DNA of 64,000 nucleotides from Candidatus Dormiibacterota bacterium (GTDB taxonomy: Archaea > Thermoproteota > Bathyarchaeia > 40CM-2-53-6). Positions 10,574 through 19,151 of this stretch are shown in pieces (the stretch's first letter is position 1; each line of letters starts with the position of its first letter). The notes below the pieces were generated by a model. The model made no database searches. It was given only the letters and a program-made list of their open reading frames with translations, and was not told the origin of the DNA. The stretch spans positions 4,855-68,854 of the forward strand of contig DASPWZ010000012.1 of the NCBI GenBank assembly GCA_035637535.1, given 5' to 3'. The position numbers and the translations under genes were made by a program.

Positions 10574-11023
10574 TTGCCCCAGAAGAAGCCGGAGCCTGGC
10601 CAAAACAAGAGAATTCGGGTCCTAGTCGCAAAGCCTGGGCTTGATGGTCATGACCGAGGCGCCCTCATTCTCTGCCGCGCCTTCCGGGACGCCGGAATGG
10701 AGGTCATCTACACTGGCTTCCTCGCAACCCCCGAACAGGTATCTCAGATGGCCATTGACGAGGACGTAGACGTGGTCGCCATGAGCCTCCTCAACGGGGC
10801 GCACATGACAGCCTTCCCCAAAGTGGCCAAACTAGTCCGAGAGAAGGGGGGCGATGATATTCTGCTCGTGGGTGGCGGAATAATTCCGGATGATGACAAG
10901 CCTCGACTGGAGAAACTAGGTATCACGGGGAATTATGGTCCCGGCACACCTCTGAAGACGATTATCGAGCACGTCGAGAAAATCGTAAGAGAGCGCGACT
11001 CAAAGAAGTCTAGACCCAACTAG
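10574..11023 (+). CDS. Methylmalonyl-CoA mutase, B12-binding small subunit
   Basis: RVLVAKPGLDGHDRGA (DxHxxG cobalamin motif), followed by VVAMSLLNGAH and LVGGGIIP. Confidence 0.8.
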   Translation: MPQKKPEPGQNKRIRVLVAKPGLDGHDRGALILCRAFRDAGMEVIYTGFLATPEQVSQMAIDEDVDVVAMSLLNGAHMTAFPKVAKLVREKGGDDILLVGGGIIPDDDKPRLEKLGITGNYGPGTPLKTIIEHVEKIVRERDSKKSRPN

Positions 11024-11058
11024 ACGAGTCACAGAGTGACGGAGCAGATCGCAAGAGC

Positions 11059-11484
11059 ATGGGCTTCCTCTCCATCATGGGCAAAATCCTCATCGGTCTA
11101 GCAATGCTGACACTGCCTGTTGCCGTCTCTCTAATCCTTGTGTTCAGCGAAGCACTAACGACCATAGGAGTAGCAATCTCGCTGGGAGCAAGCATCTTCG
11201 TGTTCTCATGCGGAATATACGCTGGATTCCTCGGGATCAAATACGAGCGCTTGCAACAGAAATTCGAGTCCTTCGTCAACCCGCTTAGAATTCGGCTTAA
11301 CGCTGTGAATTTGATTAAGGCGATCTGTCCAATAGATCATCAGCAGGTCGTCTTTGTCCACGTGAGCCCACATCGAGATGACGCGCGACCGGATGGTTTG
11401 GATATTTTCTTAGGCTCCTGCGGCCACGAAGTCCACCGTGGAGAAATAGAAATCGAACAGCCAGCCCGTTCAGCATCTAGCTGA
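11059..11484 (+). CDS. Hypothetical membrane protein
   Basis: The N-terminal about 75 aa form three hydrophobic helices. The C-terminal half is not recognisable, so the end is uncertain. Confidence 0.4.
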   Translation: MGFLSIMGKILIGLAMLTLPVAVSLILVFSEALTTIGVAISLGASIFVFSCGIYAGFLGIKYERLQQKFESFVNPLRIRLNAVNLIKAICPIDHQQVVFVHVSPHRDDARPDGLDIFLGSCGHEVHRGEIEIEQPARSASS

Positions 11485-11783
11485 TCGACTCGATGCTCCG
11501 ACCACTTTTACAGTCACGCCTTTGACCAGTTCCCAGTTCGCACTTGAGGAGGAAAGAGGGTATTTTCTTGGAGAGTCCAGCAGACTGCCATGGTTATTCG
11601 GCTTAGAGAAAGATCCAGTCCGCTGAACCTTCTGAAGATCGGGACTTCCCACTTTGTATGGTCCTAGACATCTTAGAGGAGGACCGAAATCATTGGACTC
11701 TTGCTCTAGTTGTAGTGTCTCCGTATCCAAGGTCTTTGTCAAGGACAGACTTGATGATGTCCCTACGACCGTTTTGGTGAGCT

Positions 11784-14700
11784 TCAACGTCGATGAAGTA
11801 AAGATTTCCAAGCAAGTATACTAGCTAGCCCGATTTCTCGCCCTAATGCCGGTGGATTATAGAAATAGGCGAAGATCCAAGTGAAGATGTATAGTGCGTT
11901 TCCGCTTGACGCAATTGCGCTAAAGTCTAAGGTCTGAGCAGCGTAGCCTGTACAGTCGCCATTAGCATGGCAGCTTTTGTCTTGATGTTTGACCGCTAGG
12001 GTCTCGGTTGCGCTGGCGGTTTGATTGTTGGCGTCTGTAACGGTCAGGATTACTGTATAGGAGCCATCCGATAGGTAGATGTGACTAACGGGGCTTCCCG
12101 AGCCGATTGTGGAATCACCGAAGCTCCAAGAATAATTGTAGGGCTGAACACCCCCAGTAGCAGAGGCAACGAAGATGATATTGTCGCCGGCATGAGGTGA
12201 AGAAGGGCTGAAAGTGAGGCCGGCACCTAGGCTGGCAACCACGTTTACCGTCTGGGTTGAAGTGGTGCTTACTCCATCCGCGTCAGTGACTGTCACGGAG
12301 ACCAGAAAGGAGCCAGAGGTCCTGTAGGTGTGCGCTGTGAGATTTTCAGTTGAGCTACTATTGTCTCCAAAGTCCCAGCTTAAACTGACATTTCCAACGC
12401 CCCCGGACTGAGTTTCTGTGAAGGTTACAGGCTGGTCTGCCTCGGGATTGGTAGGGCTATTCGTGAAGCCTACGCTGAGGGCCGGCGCGACGATGATGAC
12501 CTGGCTTGAACTGGCGTTCACACCATCAGAGTCTGTCGCAGTCAACGTCACCGTGAAGCTTCCCGGCGTGGAATAGGTATGGGATGCAGGGTTGATCACG
12601 GATAAGTTCCCATCTCCGAAACTCCAGCTGAACGCGAAGGATCCGACTCCGCCTGTAGTGCGGGCATTGAACGTTACCGGTGAAGAGGTCTCAGGCGACA
12701 TAGGACCATACGTGAAGCTCACCGTGGGCACAGCGGCAACCGTAATGGCCTGGCTGGAATTGGCGGCACTGCCGTTTGCGTCCGTAACAGTGACCATGAC
12801 GTTGTATGAGCCCGATGATGTAAAAGTGTGCAGGGACGGATTGCCCGTTGTGACACTTCCATCGCCAAAGCTCCAGCTGAAAGCGCATAATGTTGCTCCT
12901 CCACTCGCCGAAGCGGTAAACGCTACCTGTTGACCCGCCTCGGGCGAAAGAGGACTGTAGCTGAAGCTAGTGGTCAAGGGTGGAGGTGGACTTGTTACAG
13001 GTAACGCCTGTTGGGAGGTCGCTGTCTGCTGGAGCGAGCCACTGTCCTTCGCAGTGAGTACAACTGTGAACGTTCCCGCTGACGAATATGCGTGAGTCAC
13101 AGTAGAGCCGATTCCGGTAGACCCGTCACCAAAGGCCCAGGCGAAAGTAAGCGGGGCTGTCCCGTTTGACGCAGTGGCGTTGAAGGTTGTGATCGTGCCA
13201 ACAAGTGGGTTGAGAGGTGTGCGCGAGAAATTGGCTGTGAGAGGCTGGAGGTTGTTGACGGGTTTGATGTTCAAGAGACATCCCCAACCTACTGGTCGGC
13301 TTGCGCACTGCATGGTTCCGTAGATGCCAGCGTTCGTGGTGTCCGTCCAGCTTCCTGCGGGCCACCAGACCCAGCTGATCCTCTGGGGCGCATTGTCATA
13401 GAGACTTGTCAATGTCTGTATGAAATGTAGTGTTGTCGTGGTATAGGCGGCGCTACCTGACAGATTAGTGTCGGGAGTGCAGATTCCAGAGCATAGTGGG
13501 TCGGTTCCTCCTTCGGTATTCAGAGCCGGCCACCCGGTCTGGGCTACTCCTGCGAGCACTGTCGCGTAGTATCCGTTTGCCACGCTCTCAGCTGTCGCAT
13601 TGTTCCAAGAACTGGAATATCCAGAGTAGTCCATGTAGCTGTGAAGGCTGATGAATATTCTTCCTCCCTGAGCGAGAGTGCCAAGGGGATCTGTCACGGT
13701 TGGGTATCCGTAGACCGCTGCTGAGCAGCTGCCGTCTCCTTCGGGGCAGAGATTGCAGTCATAGCTGCAGATGTTCTGGATGACAATCCAGTGATTATCG
13801 CCCTGATTCCTATCTTGGTTGATCCACATCTGATAGTCGGAGGACAACGTACTCACGCTCGTTCCGTTGGGCTCGTTGAGAGGTTCCCAGATGATCTGTG
13901 AATAACTGCTCTTGAACTGTTGAATGACGGGAGCCCAGAAATTCAGCCAACAAGACGGCCCACCAGTCAAGTCAGTATTGCCATGATAATCGATTACTAT
14001 CCAGAAACCATAGTACTGGGCTATCTGAATCGCCCTCTGAAGATTTGTGGCGTTGTAAGCACTCATGTAGTTCTGATCGGTCTGGTCAGTGCAGTATGGG
14101 TCGAAGTCAACCCTGACCGTGTTGTATCCCCGAGCCCTCAGTTGGACCAACAGGAGCTCCATGCTAGTGGCAGATTCTCCAGGGAAGACCGCAGATGATG
14201 TTATGGTGCTCGGCTGGTTGATGCCGTTGACCGAGGCCTCATCCAGCCTGATTCCGCCCCATCCTATCAGAACAGGGACCGATGAGGTTCCGGTTGAGTT
14301 CGGAAGTACCGTAAGAAGCTGTGAGGTCGTGAACGTCTTACCTGTGCTGTCAGAGACGGCGAGTGAGATAGTGTATGTCCCGTTCTTGAACGACTGGGAC
14401 ACAGGGTTGCCTGTCTTGTTTGTTCCTCCCAAGTTCCAGCTGTCAGCGTACGGGCTCGTTCCACCCGATGCCGTGTCCGTGAAGGTTACTGTCTGACCTG
14501 AGACTGGAAGGGCTGGATTATCGCTGAAGCTTGCGGTCAACGCCCCTACGGGTAAGATGTTGATGGACCGAGATGATTGAACAGAGGTCTTGACAGAATC
14601 TGTTACGCTCAGGGAGAGGGTGAATGTTCCTGATATGGGGAATGCATGACTTGGCGTCTGTCCGGTGCTTGATGCTCCATCTCCGAAGCTCCATGTGTAG

Positions 14701-15629
14701 GTGTAAGGTGTCTTTCCCCCGGACGCGTTCCCCGTGAAATTGACCGCGGTATCCACAAATGGTGTCGATGGGAGGTAACTGAAACTCGCCGTTAGAGGAG
14801 GTGAAATGGTAGTTCTTATTATCTCCGCTGCGAGGCCGGTCGCCGCTACATCATTCGGCGTCAGCGTTGATAGCCCCCAGTTGTCTTCGAGCATTCGGAG
14901 GGTGGAATAGTGGTCGAAGGAGTTGCTAATCGAGATAAACGGTTGTTTTGTCATGGGTCCATAGAAGAGTATGGGCGCGGGATCGTACTCGTCCCACCAT
15001 AGGACCAGTAGGGTTCTCTGTCCAGCTTGGAAGAGATTGCTTGCCAGCAAAGACCCCGTAGCGGGATTCGTTACGGTGCCGGTTCCAACCAGGAAACTCT
15101 GAAGGTATGCGTCTCCCGTCTGAATTGAATTATCATGCATGTTGTGGTTGTCTGTTGGTGTGTACCAGAGCAAACTCGGTGGGTTGGCCGAGTTTGCGGC
15201 CGCTATGAAGGTGCTTGTTGAGACTGAGCTTGAAGTGAAGATGTTTGGGCTTTTAGCAGTACTGGCAAATCCGGTGAAGGGGAAATGGTCGTTGCCCCTC
15301 GGACAACCAGCCTCGCAATAGGCTTGCCATGTAATCCCATGAGTTGCGAAGGAGTCCATTAAGGTTGGAGCGTTGAGACAGCAGGAGTATCCGTCAGAGA
15401 CACCCTGGTCGGAACCTGAGACCAGAGCAACGTAACATCCAGCTGAACATCCGTTTATCCTTCTCCCATCGGCACCATATCCATGGTACAATGGTATTGT
15501 TGACCCTTGGGGGAGAAGACTCGCTGTGAACGGAGCATTCGTGCTACCCGTGCCCGTACCCATCACGTCAGCATAGTTCTGGTTCTCCATAGCAATTATG
15601 ACTACATGGTTGAAGTTGGATCCAGCCAC
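11784..15629 (-). CDS. Giant secreted multidomain protein: phosphoesterase-family domain + 2 PKD + GH5-like glycoside hydrolase + 5 PKD + C-terminal anchor
   Basis: 1281 aa. The N-terminal region (NHVVIIAMENQNYADVMG ... LLVLWWDEYD) resembles the phospholipase C / acid phosphatase phosphoesterase family. The GH5-like core carries NEP (aa 585-587) and NTEGG (aa 704-708). There are seven PKD signatures (xxWxFGDG...H.Y...G.Y.V.L.V.D) and a hydrophobic C-terminus. Confidence 0.85.
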   Translation of the reverse strand: MAGSNFNHVVIIAMENQNYADVMGTGTGSTNAPFTASLLPQGSTIPLYHGYGADGRRINGCSAGCYVALVSGSDQGVSDGYSCCLNAPTLMDSFATHGITWQAYCEAGCPRGNDHFPFTGFASTAKSPNIFTSSSVSTSTFIAAANSANPPSLLWYTPTDNHNMHDNSIQTGDAYLQSFLVGTGTVTNPATGSLLASNLFQAGQRTLLVLWWDEYDPAPILFYGPMTKQPFISISNSFDHYSTLRMLEDNWGLSTLTPNDVAATGLAAEIIRTTISPPLTASFSYLPSTPFVDTAVNFTGNASGGKTPYTYTWSFGDGASSTGQTPSHAFPISGTFTLSLSVTDSVKTSVQSSRSINILPVGALTASFSDNPALPVSGQTVTFTDTASGGTSPYADSWNLGGTNKTGNPVSQSFKNGTYTISLAVSDSTGKTFTTSQLLTVLPNSTGTSSVPVLIGWGGIRLDEASVNGINQPSTITSSAVFPGESATSMELLLVQLRARGYNTVRVDFDPYCTDQTDQNYMSAYNATNLQRAIQIAQYYGFWIVIDYHGNTDLTGGPSCWLNFWAPVIQQFKSSYSQIIWEPLNEPNGTSVSTLSSDYQMWINQDRNQGDNHWIVIQNICSYDCNLCPEGDGSCSAAVYGYPTVTDPLGTLAQGGRIFISLHSYMDYSGYSSSWNNATAESVANGYYATVLAGVAQTGWPALNTEGGTDPLCSGICTPDTNLSGSAAYTTTTLHFIQTLTSLYDNAPQRISWVWWPAGSWTDTTNAGIYGTMQCASRPVGWGCLLNIKPVNNLQPLTANFSRTPLNPLVGTITTFNATASNGTAPLTFAWAFGDGSTGIGSTVTHAYSSAGTFTVVLTAKDSGSLQQTATSQQALPVTSPPPPLTTSFSYSPLSPEAGQQVAFTASASGGATLCAFSWSFGDGSVTTGNPSLHTFTSSGSYNVMVTVTDANGSAANSSQAITVAAVPTVSFTYGPMSPETSSPVTFNARTTGGVGSFAFSWSFGDGNLSVINPASHTYSTPGSFTVTLTATDSDGVNASSSQVIIVAPALSVGFTNSPTNPEADQPVTFTETQSGGVGNVSLSWDFGDNSSSTENLTAHTYRTSGSFLVSVTVTDADGVSTTSTQTVNVVASLGAGLTFSPSSPHAGDNIIFVASATGGVQPYNYSWSFGDSTIGSGSPVSHIYLSDGSYTVILTVTDANNQTASATETLAVKHQDKSCHANGDCTGYAAQTLDFSAIASSGNALYIFTWIFAYFYNPPALGREIGLASILAWKSLLHRR
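11991..13241 (-). repeat. Five tandem PKD-domain coding repeats (about 250 nt each) inside the giant ORF
   Basis: Protein-level periodicity: FAWAFGDGS, FSWSFGDGS, FSWSFGDGN, LSWDFGDNS and YSWSFGDST, each followed by H.Y..(S/D)G.(F/Y).V.(L/V)T..D. This is a coding repeat, not a non-coding one. Confidence 0.7.
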
Positions 15630-16726
15630 AGCCGCAGTGTTCAGGGTCGATGCTTGTCCTTCGTGAACCAGTAGCTGGAAGGCTATGGTGCTGCTGAAGA
15701 GGATAATCAGGCAGAGGGCGAGCGCTTTGAGACTCTTTTCTACCGCTCTACTCAGTTGCCGCTATTCTCCAGGCCCCGAGGAGAGGCTGGAGCGGAAGCG
15801 AGTCAGATTCCCATTGCGAACTCACTCTCGCAAAGTATCCCGTATCGTACTCGGTACAATTCCTCAACCTGATGACCAAAACGAGTGTAGGCGTCTTATG
15901 CACATATAACAATTGTGGCTATTTGTGTTGTTATGTCACACAACTGATTCTCGACCCGAATAGTCAAAAAGCACTCCTTGCTTTACAGAAAAATGTAAAT
16001 CTCAGGAAGAGATGGCAGAATCTTAAAGCGATCTATAGGTTTCTTCCGAGAGCTATAATCTATTATATCCAGAATGTTGAGGCTTTTCAGGGTCCCCAGG
16101 ATATCTTAACCTGATGACCACCCAAGAGCGTCTTGCGACCCTCTTGGTTCGGGTTTCTTACCCTGGGGACCTCGCTTCCCTTTCACATGAGAAACCAATG
16201 CAAGATTCTTGGCAGGCACATGCGGAGGGACCCGCACCCCCTCATCTCATGCACTAAGCGAAATCTGACGTCGTACAGCACTCTATTCTTAAAGGAGAAC
16301 CTTGCATCTGCAGATCGTTATTATGGGAGAATGAAAAAGTTGCAGGATTCTCCTCCGGACATGAACCTCTTGACCGCTGCAAAAAGAGCATTACAAGAAT
16401 GAATTGAAGAACAGCATCGCGATTGACAGGGGCTTCCACGTACGTGGTGCCGGTCCTATCCATCGCTCACAACGGCTCAAAGGTCCGTTTCTCCATATAA
16501 TACTATGGATGTGACGCGAGAAAAGTGGAGACTGGGGTTTCTCCAAGGCTGATGATACTATCCATCGTAAACTGTAGATATCCTCGAAAAACAGTTGATC
16601 AAGCAATAGGCTCGAGGCGAGGCAACAGGTCTTTGTCTTCTCTAGCCCTCACATTATCCTATGCCCAGCGCCCGAAATTTGGCTATCTCTTATAGCGACC
16701 TTTTGAAGATCGGGTTTCGTTGAACG

Positions 16727-17599
16727 TTGGACCTCAACAGAGCGGTTGTAGAGAACGCGATCAGATCATTCTTGGCTGAAGACCTAGGATATGGAGACAT
16801 TACCTCAAATGTGTTAGTGGACTCCGAGCGTGGAGGCGAGGGACAAGTCGTCTGCAGCGGGAACGCAGTGATAGCAGGAATAGAGGAGGCGCTTGTCCTT
16901 CTCGAACTCGTAGGCTGCCATGGAATAGCTAGGGCGCATGATGGCGATCGTGTCAAGGCGGGGGCCATGATTCTCTCGGCTCGCGGTCCCACGCGTGCCT
17001 TGTTGGGTGTTGAGCGGACATTGCTGAACTTGCTGACCCACATGTCAGGAGTTGCAACCGCAACAGCAGACCTCGTATCAATCGCAAATAGAGAGAGTCG
17101 GGGCAAGGTCAGGATTGCGTGTACTAGGAAGACGCTTCCAGGTCTGAGATTCTTTGAGAAGAAGGCCGTAGAGCTTGGAGGCGGCGATACTCATCGTCTG
17201 AGGCTGGACGATGCTGTCCTGATCAAAGATAATCATCTGAAGATCGCGGGTTCCGTACGCGAGTGTGTTCGAAAAACGAGGGAGACAGTGAGTTTCACAA
17301 AGAAGGTCGAGGTCGAAGTGACGACTTCGGACCAGGCGGTAGAGGCGGCCGAGGCGGGAGCTGACATCGTCATGCTCGACAACATGACGCCGAAGGAGGT
17401 GGAAAGATCAGTGACGGTGCTGAAGGCTAAGAGTCTCCGGGATCGGGTTATAGTTGAAGCGTCGGGCGGGATTAGAAGAGAGAATCTTGCAAGTTACGCG
17501 AAAACCGGAGTAGATGTAATCTCTGTTGGCGCAATCACCCATTCTGCTCCGGCAGTTGATATGAGTCTGGAGATACATGCTTCTAGAAAACGAGGGTAG
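16727..17599 (+). CDS. nadC: Nicotinate-nucleotide pyrophosphorylase (quinolinate phosphoribosyltransferase)
   Basis: LAEDLGYGDITS, ERTLLNLL, TRKTLPGLR, GGGDTHRLRLDD.VLIKDNH and IVMLDNM motifs. Confidence 0.9.
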   Translation: MDLNRAVVENAIRSFLAEDLGYGDITSNVLVDSERGGEGQVVCSGNAVIAGIEEALVLLELVGCHGIARAHDGDRVKAGAMILSARGPTRALLGVERTLLNLLTHMSGVATATADLVSIANRESRGKVRIACTRKTLPGLRFFEKKAVELGGGDTHRLRLDDAVLIKDNHLKIAGSVRECVRKTRETVSFTKKVEVEVTTSDQAVEAAEAGADIVMLDNMTPKEVERSVTVLKAKSLRDRVIVEASGGIRRENLASYAKTGVDVISVGAITHSAPAVDMSLEIHASRKRG

Positions 17600-17683
17600 T
17601 GTTCTGGCTCGAAGACAAGCGCGCTGATCAGGAAAGCGGAAGCGATCCATGCCCGGGAGCATAGGCTCAAGCCAAGTCTCCGG

Positions 17684-18463
17684 TTGAAGACCCAGGCTGA
17701 TATTATCGAGTTCATCCATGATAGGGGCCTCGTCTCGGTACTGGGAGGCAACGAGCTTCCAAGCTTCATCAGCGCAATACTAGGCAAGCCTTGGAAACCG
17801 TCAGCGAAGGGCTTCACCGGCTGGATGGACTGGTGGTCGATCAAAATTTCCGGCCAATCAGTGGCCCGCGTTTCCCGAGATATTGAAGGGCGAAAGGATA
17901 TTCTCTCCACCAGAATATTCAGACGAACTAAGACTTTCGTATCCAACAAACTCTGGCCGATCCTCGACTCCATCGTGAAACATCACCAAGACCCCGCGGT
18001 CAAACGAGAGATTCTCTCAGACATCGAACTGAAGATACTCGAAACTATCGGGACCGAGGGTTCAATCCGAACAGACCGATTGAGAAAGAAGCTCAAGCTG
18101 GAGACCAAAGAAAACAATTCCAAGTTTCACCGTTCACTAGCCAACCTAGAAAGCTACGCGCTAATAGTTGGCGTTGAAGACCCTCATCCGGAGCGACATC
18201 TACACGCCAACATCTGGCAAACATGGGATGCAAGGACTCAGGATGGAAAGAGTCACGCTAGCCTGCCCTACAGTGAAGCCGTGGCTAAACTCCTCGTAAA
18301 GACCATCGATGCATGTGTTCTCGTTCACGAAGACCAAATACGCACATGGTTCGAATGGAGCTCCGAGATACAGGCGGCCAAGGAGCAAGCATTGCTGGAT
18401 GGATTTGTTCTGAGGTCCGGCCACTACCTAGTTTCATCGAAGGTCCGGAATGTCAACAAATGA
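17684..18463 (+). CDS. Hypothetical protein, possible winged-helix content
   Basis: 259-aa ORF with protein-like composition. ELKILETIGTEGSIRTDRLRKKLKL resembles a wHTH. Family not recognised. Confidence 0.45.
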   Translation: MKTQADIIEFIHDRGLVSVLGGNELPSFISAILGKPWKPSAKGFTGWMDWWSIKISGQSVARVSRDIEGRKDILSTRIFRRTKTFVSNKLWPILDSIVKHHQDPAVKREILSDIELKILETIGTEGSIRTDRLRKKLKLETKENNSKFHRSLANLESYALIVGVEDPHPERHLHANIWQTWDARTQDGKSHASLPYSEAVAKLLVKTIDACVLVHEDQIRTWFEWSSEIQAAKEQALLDGFVLRSGHYLVSSKVRNVNK

Positions 18464-18511
18464 TGACCGGGGCCCGTTCGCTAAGCTTCAGTCAGGCATC
18501 TGAATAGTTTG

Positions 18512-19030
18512 TTAGATGCTGGCCCCGACAATCATCAAGATGAAAGTCACTGCAAGCAAGAACACTCCCAACCTTGCAGCCACCCCGAGTCTCTTCTGCA
18601 AGTTTCCAGCCTGAGCAGACATCGCAGCGTCACCGCCTGGCGCGGCTTGATTCTGCGACTGTTTCAGCAGTCCAACGAGCTTTCGACTAGTTGGTATTAG
18701 GACTCCGAAGGCGATCAGAAGGACGATAAGAGTCACGACTGCACCGAGCTGGATATAGATCAGACCTGAGTTGGATGGCGCGAGGGAGGTCGCGACCTGA
18801 GTGATATAGGCGTAAAGCGCGAGTCCTGCGACCGCGGCAGCGATAGAGCTTCCTCCGATGAACCTCATGTAGGGTGGAATCACGGATAACACGAATTCGC
18901 CTCTTGATGCGGGAGACATTCTTCTAAGTGCGGGAGTCAAGACTGAAACGAACAATGTAGCACCTCCCATCCAAGCTATTATCGAGCCAACGTGTAGTAC
19001 GACCAGAACGAGGAACACGGCATCGGCCAT
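18512..19030 (-). CDS. Hypothetical integral membrane protein (4 TM)
   Basis: ATG start and four clear hydrophobic helices. Confidence 0.55.
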   Translation of the reverse strand: MADAVFLVLVVLHVGSIIAWMGGATLFVSVLTPALRRMSPASRGEFVLSVIPPYMRFIGGSSIAAAVAGLALYAYITQVATSLAPSNSGLIYIQLGAVVTLIVLLIAFGVLIPTSRKLVGLLKQSQNQAAPGGDAAMSAQAGNLQKRLGVAARLGVFLLAVTFILMIVGASI

Positions 19031-19151
19031 TCTTGTTCAGACTCGAATCTTCCTTCAGAGAGGTTTCTATTTATCATATGAGTCGCTTCTTTGTGTACCA
19101 TTAATTTATGGTCAGAAAAAGGAGTGCGAACTGCTCGAATGCTTTTAGATA

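Noticed and set aside
11470-11811. A 113-aa minus-strand ORF lies just downstream of the giant exoprotein gene.
   Set aside because: Its Ser/Thr/Leu-rich low-complexity translation overlaps the upstream gene by 28 nt and shows no motif. It cannot be supported, though a small gene here is not excluded.
15866-16120. I considered a C/D-box sRNA because both 13-mer copies contain TGATGA (C-box-like).
   Set aside because: No CTGA D box occurs at the expected 50-70 nt spacing, and there is no C'/D' pair or terminal stem. The repeat itself is kept as a low-interest finding.
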